This document shows positions 56,529-64,000 of a stretch of 64,000 nucleotides of DNA, in pieces (position 1 is the first letter of the stretch; every line of letters starts with the position of its first letter). Where the stretch lies: positions 32,116,001-32,180,000 of the forward strand of contig CM022670.1 of assembly GCA_012295275.1 (NCBI GenBank), given 5' to 3'. The DNA is from Chrysomallon squamiferum. Taxonomy: Eukaryota > Animalia > Mollusca. A program made the position numbers and the translations under genes. Under the pieces are notes generated by a model. It was not told the DNA's origin. It made no database searches and saw only the letters and a list, made by a program, of their open reading frames with translations.

Positions 56529-56614
56529 CATTGTTTTCAGTACCGGTATGCCTTTGAGAGGGCAGCCAGAATCTTGCTGCATACCATTTCAGAAATTTGT
56601 TTTTCCTATTTTAA
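56529..56614 (-). other. Candidate 86-nt antisense exon inside OST4 intron 1
   Basis: Acceptor cacttatctgttttcag and near-perfect donor ATG|gtaagtat; less AT-rich than its flanks. Confidence 0.4.
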
Positions 56615-57741
56615 CTGAAAACAGATAAGTGATCAGAGTATTGCAGCATGCTACAATTAAGATTTTAAAATTTTAAGTCATTATATAAATTAGATGAGGT
56701 AAATGTTAAAAAACAAATGGAAAGCTAATAATAAGGGTAATGTAAGAATAATATTACAATATTTTGAGTGCTACATTCACAGTTGTGAGTTAAGATTTGT
56801 TTAACTTGAACATTTATTTATATTATCTATCACCATTTATTGTTATTGTTGTTGCTGTTATTCTTCTTCTTCTTATTATTTATTCATGAAAACAATTCTT
56901 AAATCTTGGTATAATTTTGTCAATAAATTTCAACTTTATTACCATTTTTTGTTCATATCGTCAAATTTTCGAGGTTATAAATTTGTGATCTTATTGAAAG
57001 CTCGAAAAGAAAAGATGTAAAAATTTATTCCCAGTTTATTTTTTATTGATGTTTTTTGTGGTTAAGTCTAACCCACACAGTTTTATGCTGTAAAAAGTGC
57101 AGTAATGCAATATGTTTTAGAATTGTGTGATACTCTATGTTTTTAATCCATAAAGTAGTGAAATATTTGAAATATGTCTGTTACTGACCTGTTCATCCAT
57201 CATAATTTTAATATTGTGTTTTCAGAGACACTTAAAGTAACATAATAATTAAAGATCAAAACTAACAGATACATTTTTATTATTAATCCAGTGCACAAGT
57301 ATATGAGGAAGATATGTATGACTATGATGACTATGACGATCAGTATTCAGATGATATGTATGACGACGGAATGACTGAATCAAGTGGTGTAAATGTATGT
57401 GGACAAATTATATGGAGGATGCAATGTTCTGAGAAGAACTGTCTAGAAAGCAATACTGTGAAGATTTTTGCAATAAAGCAGAGGACAAAAAATAAAATCA
57501 ACATTGAGACATTGCACTCTTCTTGTTTTTGAACCCTAAGCATTCAGCATCACTAACATCTCATTTGCCACATCTTGAAATATTCCAAATTTTTATTTTG
57601 GATCATTCTGAAAAGTTAGCCATTTCAAAATTCCATATTTAAATTTGGCATTTGTTCAGTCACCACAGTATAAAGTTCATGTCAGTTTAAAAGCATAGCA
57701 ATTAGGTGAAGATTTGGTTATTGTGGCATCTTTACCTAATT

Positions 57742-57951
57742 CAGGGGTTCTTAACCTGTGGTCCACAGACATTTCAAACACTGAAATCATTGTAGTTTTT
57801 ATTTCACAATTTAAAAGAATGCTGATAACAATTACATGTTTGGAAAATGTGTCTGCTATACAGTAAAATTATTCATGTTTGTGCAAAAGTTGTCCGGTTT
57901 TCTCTGCATTCTTAAAATGATCTGTGACTCAAAAATGTTTAAGAACCACTG
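57742..57951. mobile_element. ~210-bp non-autonomous DNA transposon (MITE) with hAT/Charlie-like termini, in OST4 intron 1
   Basis: Terminal inverted repeats CAGGGGTTCTTAACC ... GTTTAAGAACCACTG; no coding capacity; no recognisable 8-bp target-site duplication. Confidence 0.7.
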
Positions 57952-58075
57952 TCCCCCAAAAAAAAAAAAAAAATAAAAAATAAAAGACTAAAATATCTGG
58001 ATGCTGACAATGCTTCATACAAGTTTATATTTTTGATTTCTTTGAAATTACAAATGGTTCAACTGTTTTGTTTAA

Positions 58076-58393
<318 letters not shown>

Positions 58394-58958
58394 AACACAG
58401 GTTATTATGTTATTTCTTTTCTTTTCTACTGCTTTAAACTCATTGTTTTTTTAGGTTTTTTTTGTCTATTTTTATAATTTCCAGTATGTTCAGAAAGCCA
58501 ACTTTTAATATACACAAGTATATTTCCATGACTAATAATAGCGTCTTACACATATGCTGCATTAACCTACATTAAAAAGAAAGAATGAAATATTTTAACT
58601 GCATTCATTTTTAATTTGATTACATAGTATTATTCATTTGATCAAGAGCATATTTGCGAAGTTCATTTTCACAGCAACAAGATATCTTATTTATGCACCT
58701 TCTGTTAAACAGGAGACCATGAACCATGGCCTTTTAAGACAAGTAATTTTATTACATACACTATCATAAAATGTAACAGGGTTTGGTTTTCCTTACAGGT
58801 TTTTTTTTTTTATATTATAAATCTTACAAAATGATGAAATTACAGAAATTTATGAAACTAAAATACTTAAAATAATGGTTTCCTAATTGAATTAATAATA
58901 ATTAAATCTATACTTTTATTTTTGTTTTTTAAAATCAGTTTTTAAATATATTTTTTAG

Positions 58959-59235
58959 GCCGTGTGAAATTTTGAGCATCATGTTCACAAATTCAGTAAG
59001 GAAGCCAGGTGGAAACATCAGGAAACATGGCTGGTTATGAATTGCACTGTACATAGACATTATTTTCTGTTCATAATTAAAGAAAATGAAATTACTATAG
59101 CATTGTTTCAGTTGTAATTTTGTTTACCACACAATAGTTTATAGCATTCTGACAAAACTACTAAATACTTGTAATTAAAAATATGACAGTCTTTTTAATG
59201 GTACCAATCTTAATAAAAATTGGCACTGGTTAAGT
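58959..59235 (+). other. OST4: Probable OST4 terminal 3'UTR exon
   Basis: Donor ACAG|gttatt at 58400/58401, T-rich intron, tttttag acceptor ending 58958, AATAAA at 59212-59217. 3' end approximate. Confidence 0.6.
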
Positions 59236-60379
59236 TAATCACTAGTGAGTTACAAACACAGTTTGGCTAAATTGTGTTTATAAAAATAAGTTTCTTAAAT
59301 TCTGTTGCCAAATATTCAGCTAGGCTTCATTAACTTAATTCTTTTAGTTTTAATCTATTGTAAATGCTCAGAATTTAAAAATTAGATGTATGTTACAGGA
59401 AAGCAAAATATAGTTTCGAACAATTCCATTATCATAAAAAGATAATTTGCTAGTTGGTTATCTGACAGAAATTAAACAACTTAACACCATACTTTAATTT
59501 ATTTTTTTGTTGTACATGTACACTACATTAAATCAGTAATTTTAAAATAATGGACCCACATTTTGATATGAAGAAGGTATCCGTTACTTCTTAACCATTC
59601 ACATTTTGAATATCAATATTGTTTGATACTGGGGCAGAGTAACAACATGGTGCATGAAAAGATAAACAAAAAGGCATCATCAGAGCTTTAGAGTTATTGA
59701 ATTTATAGCTTTTAATTTATCAAAACCTTCCTTTATGATTATTTTGCATTATAATAAGATGCAACTGAAATTATAGGTCAAAATATGCTACCCCTGCAGT
59801 TTGTAATATAAGGTAACTGCACCAGCAAAGATAAATGAGTGATATAGCCCAATATAGGTTAATTAAAAATGTAAAGAATTCAAATCAAAAATGTTTATTT
59901 AATTTATTACCAGTTAACTGAACCTGCAAACAACAATGTAATCATTAACAGACATGAACTGTGCATCATTTATTAATTTTTGATTACATCTTTATTAATC
60001 TGAATGTAATTAGCACCACTGAACAACATCGTCAAGTTTCTATACACAATTAGACAACATGTTTATCTTAGCCACATACAGTTATCATTCGACTGAACTG
60101 AATTTTATTATATAAGATAATAACATACAACAAGATGAAAGATGTATGCAAACATCATTCAGGAAAATAAGCTTAAATGGTATTGATAAAGCTTCAATGA
60201 TTAAGCAAATTTATGTGTTTCTACCTGCCATAACTTATGTACAATACACTGCATTATTATCATTTGGAGATTTAACACAATCCATTTCGTGTGAGAAAAT
60301 GGATTCTAGTTTGTCTGCAGTGACACCGGAGAACAGTTATTATAATGTTCTTGTTCCATCCCAACACTTGGCATTGTTC

Positions 60380-60469
60380 TCAAACCAGATTGACATTGGC
60401 TGCAAGAAAATACTGTCTCAGAAAGTTTTGAGCTTCTGCTTGCAATCCACGACTGATGATCGGTTGCAA
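60380..60469 (-). CDS. CSE1L: CSE1L terminal coding exon (LQPIISRGLQAEAQNFLRQYFLAANVNLV*)
   Basis: tttcag acceptor, phase 0, 29 codons then TGA at 60382-60380; resembles the CSE1L C-terminus. The 3'UTR runs leftwards with several candidate AATAAA signals (tttatt on +, e.g. 59894-59899). Confidence 0.93.
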   Translation of the reverse strand: MQPIISRGLQAEAQNFLRQYFLAANVNLV

Positions 60470-60707
60470 CTGAAAGGAAAAAATAAAAATATTAAAGAAA
60501 CATAAATTGATTTATCTAGATTTTGACCAGTGCTTAATCAAAAAAGATTTATAATCTGAACTCAGAATGGTTTAGACACTGATATTTTTTTTTCTCCCTT
60601 TTGCTCACAATGGATAATTTAAATTTGAAATTCGATCATCAATATTTTAGGAAATTGATATCAGTTTTACATTACATTTAAAAGTGATAAATATTGAAAT
60701 AACTAAC

Positions 60708-60841
60708 CATGCCAGGATTACGTGAGGATAATTCATATAGATGTTTGACCAGATTCATTTTCACATCAGGCACTGTTCCACAAAGAGGGTCATGTTCTTT
60801 CTTTCCAGCAAAAGCTAACTGCGAATATGTAGTTTGATAAC
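60708..60841 (-). CDS. CSE1L: CSE1L coding exon (GYQTTYSQLAFAGKKEHDPL...NPGM)
   Basis: Conserved GYQxxxSQLAFAGKKEHDP motif; cttag acceptor, gttagt donor; 134 nt, phase 1 to 0. Confidence 0.96.
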
Positions 60842-61112
60842 CTAAGATCACAGAATCAAATGAAAGAATTTAAAATTAATATTACATGATAATGTAACTA
60901 ACAGATCTGTGTTTCTTAAATATTAGAAAAGCACATTAGATTAATCGTCTTCAAAAATTTATTGTGTAATTATTTAAAAAAAATTTCCAATGTAATTAAT
61001 TCAAATAACAGATATACTTCATAATTAAAAGGTATCCAATATTGCTCTTTTCACAAATAAGAAATATTAACATTTTTAGAAATTATAATATTAAAAATTC
61101 CATTTCAAAAAC

Positions 61113-61210
61113 CTGATATATCATCAACTTCAATAAAATGTTCATCATCTGGTACAGAGACATCCTCAGGCAGCTCAAATAGGCTGATGAGAGCTTGTAA
61201 CAACTGAGGC
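61113..61210 (-). CDS. CSE1L: CSE1L coding exon (PQLLQALISLFELPEDVSVPDDEHFIEVDDISG)
   Basis: Conserved LFELPED and DEHFI motifs; ttttag acceptor, weak CAG|gttttt donor; 98 nt, phase 2 to 1. Confidence 0.95.
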
Positions 61211-61450
61211 CTAAAACAAATACAAAAATAATAATAAATGTTTTAATCCACTGCAGTGACATCTCAGTATTTTGTTTATCGTTAAATCCTTTTTTATAGT
61301 AATTTAGTCCCTAGACAAAGATCTACCTATTAACTAAAGTTACATATATTTTTGTAATACCTTCAAATTTACATTTCTAAAGCAAAATGTGCTTAATCAA
61401 CACTAAATGTCATCACAACAAGTATTAGTGGAATAAAAGAATAAACATAC

Positions 61451-61597
61451 CATAAGGCTGCATATTCTCCTTGTAACATAGATGGAACTTCTGTAAGTAC
61501 TTTGGTAACTCCAACTGCACAAATTTTCTTTTCTGTGTGACCAGAAATCTTCTGAAGATCTTGGAGATATAGCTTCTCAACCACCATGCCAAACATC
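61451..61597 (-). CDS. CSE1L: CSE1L coding exon (MFGMVVEKLYLQDLQKISGHTEKKICAVGVTKVLTE...AALW)
   Basis: Conserved MFGMV and EKKICAVG motifs; acag acceptor, gtatgt donor; 147 nt, phase 2 to 2. Confidence 0.96.
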
Positions 61598-62033
61598 CTG
61601 TAAGAACACAACACCTCAACATATTTTAATACACATTATTACATATGTTTTGGGGGGGTTTATTTTTCACTTGTTATTCTTTTACAGCTGAATCAAATAA
61701 CAGTATTGAAAGATATCATGGTATGTGATGAATCTCTATTTAAGAGGGATGAATCAAGACAAAATGTACCAAAAAGGAGAGTTTCTACAATTCATCATGC
61801 CTTGAGATCTGTCACCAAACTAGTCTTCTCTGAAACAATACCACTGTACCTTGTTTTAAGATTCTGTGATGCTACAGTAGTATTTAACTAATATAAATTC
61901 ATGCTTATTATACATCCGTAATTTATATTTAACAAAAATCTTCAGTATTAAAATAAAAATATTTGTTAACAATGTTAATAATTGCAAGAGAACAGATATT
62001 TTTTTCACATTGAAGTAAAATCTGAAACCTTAC

Positions 62034-62115
62034 TTAGGTTGAATGGAATCCACCATGTCCACAAGTCTCTGGCCACCAAATTTGACAGCATACAGACTGA
62101 AAAATACTAACAGAC
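62034..62115 (-). CDS. CSE1L: CSE1L coding exon (SLLVFFSLYAVKFGGQRLVDMVDSIQPK)
   Basis: In-frame continuation; gcag acceptor, gtaagg donor; 82 nt, phase 1 to 2. Confidence 0.95.
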
Positions 62116-62393
62116 CTGCAAAAGAAAACAATTTAATTGTATTTTGGATTTTACTTGTTTTGATAAGATCTTACTGCTCAAATAAAGTGTCACTTTCAGA
62201 GGTTGCTATTTTGGATATACCAGCATAATTCAAACTAAAGCAACAAAAACCTTGTAATAAGAGATTCATACTATTTAACAAATTTAAAAAACTAAGATAA
62301 AACAAAAACTGGATAAACAGAATACCAAAATTATAAATATTACTCACAATTAAAACCATTGTAAAAGTTTACCTTTATATAAATAATGCTTAC

Positions 62394-62479
62394 TTTTAAT
62401 AAATTTTGTTGTTTTAGAACTGGAAAGTCTTTGAAACAGCAATATAAAGATCTGTTTTATGTACTGGTTAACAAGATCA
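62394..62479 (-). CDS. CSE1L: CSE1L coding exon (DLVNQYIKQIFILLFQRLSSSKTTKFIK)
   Basis: Conserved QIFILLFQRLxxSKTTKFIK motif; cag acceptor, gtaagc donor; 86 nt, phase 2 to 1. Confidence 0.96.
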
Positions 62480-62687
62480 CTGAAAACAAAAGTATACATT
62501 TTTGAGTAATTAAATAATGTAAAAAAAAAAAATTACAGATAAAAAAAAAAATACTTTATTAATGAGAAAAAAGAAAAACATGTTTTTAAACCATACAAAC
62601 ATGAAAGTTCATAATAAGCAAAAGATCAATAATTATTCATTATATATCTGACAACTATAAAATTTATATCTTTATTGAAAAACTTAC

Positions 62688-62785
62688 ACTGGCATAAATT
62701 CAATAATGGCATTTAGCAAATAGAATCCCTCATGGTCATTTGTTTTTGATGCAATCAATTTTTGAAATATGCCAAGCAAACCATT
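62688..62785 (-). CDS. CSE1L: CSE1L coding exon (NGLLGIFQKLIASKTNDHEGFYLLNAIIEFMP)
   Basis: Conserved LGxFQKLIASKxNDHxGFYLL motif; cag acceptor, gtaagt donor; 98 nt, phase 0 to 2. Confidence 0.96.
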
Positions 62786-63038
62786 CTGAAAACAAATGCA
62801 TAAGAAATTTCTTTAAATAGTGTAATGGATTTAAAAAAGATAACTATCAAAAAAAAATATTGGGGAAAAATAAATTTTGCTCTGCAATTTAAACAATTAA
62901 TATTCAGCCATATGGCTCACAACAAAAACTACTGATTTTAAAATCTGTAACAATTCATTGTCTGAATTACATAAAAATGCTAACCACATAAAAATAAACA
63001 ATATAAATTGAATAAGTGAGAATTAATAATAAACTCAC

Positions 63039-63238
63039 TAATCTGTCTGGTTCTATCTGTCGAGAGCCTTTCTCTATGAAAGCCTGCAGCAGTCTGACGA
63101 GAGGTGGAATGTTACCTGGTCTCTCCCACAAAACAGGTGCAAGCAGGTGAGGAAACAAAGCTATGTAAGTTTCAGGAATACAACCAGTATGCAGCTCAAT
63201 CAATAGAGACAGCATTTGAAATACATATGGCATGAACT
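63039..63238 (-). CDS. CSE1L: CSE1L coding exon (EFMPYVFQMLSLLIE...LWERPGNIPPLVRLLQAF...DRL)
   Basis: Conserved PYVFQ and LWERxGNIPxLVRLL motifs; cag acceptor, gtgagt donor; 200 nt, phase 1 to 0. Confidence 0.97.
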
Positions 63239-63670
63239 CTGAAAATGATAGAACAAATCAATATTTAAATCAGAATATTTCATATTAATAGCAATGCATT
63301 TATTTATTTATTTATTTAAAACACTTATTTAACTGTAATAACACTGATTTACTTTTGAAAAATGCCATATTTTTTTTTTTTTTTAAATCTGGTAAAAATG
63401 GACAATAAATGTTATGATTAGTATGCCTTATTATAACAAAGCATAATTGAAAGTAACAAATGAAACAGTTTTTGTTTATAAATAATACAGACCATTTGTA
63501 AAAAATCCCAAATAAACAAAAAACATTGAGAAATTGTTAGTTACTGTCTGTTTTAATTTCTTAAAAAGAAGTTGCTATAATAATTAAAAAATAAAATAAA
63601 AGGCATCAACTATTATTTACATCATAAGAAATAAGCTGACATATTTTTGTAATTCTAAAAAAGAAATTAC

Positions 63671-63821
63671 CTTGAACATCTTGCTGTAGAATATCGGTGA
63701 AGGGAGGAAACAGAGAATCTTCAAACATCTTCACAGCAGATGGGTCATGTTTGCAAGATGTACGAATGGCAATGCAGAAGCACTCAAACAAATAGTGATT
63801 AAAATGAGGTTTGCTGGGATT
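63671..63821 (-). CDS. CSE1L: Exportin-2 / CSE1L internal coding exon (NPSKPHFNHYLFECF...ILQQDVQ); gene continues beyond the window end
   Basis: Translation matches the CSE1L/CAS C-terminal region (human NPSKPHFNHYMFE...ILQNDVQEFIPYVFQ). Flanked by tttcag acceptor and gtaatt donor; 151 nt, ends phase 1 and joins the next exon in frame. Confidence 0.96.
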
Positions 63822-64000
63822 CTGAAATTAAACAAAAATTAACTGATTATGTAAACATTCTAAACAAATATACAAGTGAATCAATACTGTAAAGAGAGAA
63901 AACTGAAACTGTTAGTGTATCATTCATAAAACATTAATCATGATAAGGTGAATAAGGAATAGGATAAAACAATGATTTAACTGCAGTACAACAAAATAAA

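Noticed and set aside
61718-61843. Possible C/D-box snoRNA (GTGATGA ... CTGA with TGGTAT/ATACCA ends)
   Set aside because: On the strand opposite the host gene, and stem geometry does not fit a kink-turn. The minus-strand C box at ~61792-61798 has no matching D box.
60146-62228. Plus-strand ORFs at 60146-60505, 61706-61891 and 62043-62228
   Set aside because: Antisense shadows of CSE1L exons, UTR and introns.

Overview
Very AT-rich, CpG-depleted animal genomic DNA. An invertebrate, probably a mollusc, is inferred only from composition and repeat relics. The right end holds two confidently identified convergent genes. OST4 is on + (37-aa CDS 58280-58393, non-coding exon 1 ending 55320, 3'UTR intron). 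The last nine coding exons of CSE1L/exportin-2 are on - (63821 down to the stop at 60380), and all splice phases check out. A CpG-retaining bidirectional promoter region lies at about 53900-55450. Positions 36-54385 look like one >54-kb intron of an unidentified minus-strand transcript: candidate exons at 56614-54386, then a 23-nt microexon at 35-13. This intron has no intact protein gene. It has dozens of less AT-rich, motif-dense islands roughly every 1 kb, microsatellites and minisatellites, a ~90-160 bp inverted-repeat pair 1.4 kb apart, and a decayed intronless BIR+RING (IAP-like) relic. Nearly all ORFs in the supplied track are low-complexity artefacts. I could not identify the minus-strand host gene, and everything about it is hypothesis.
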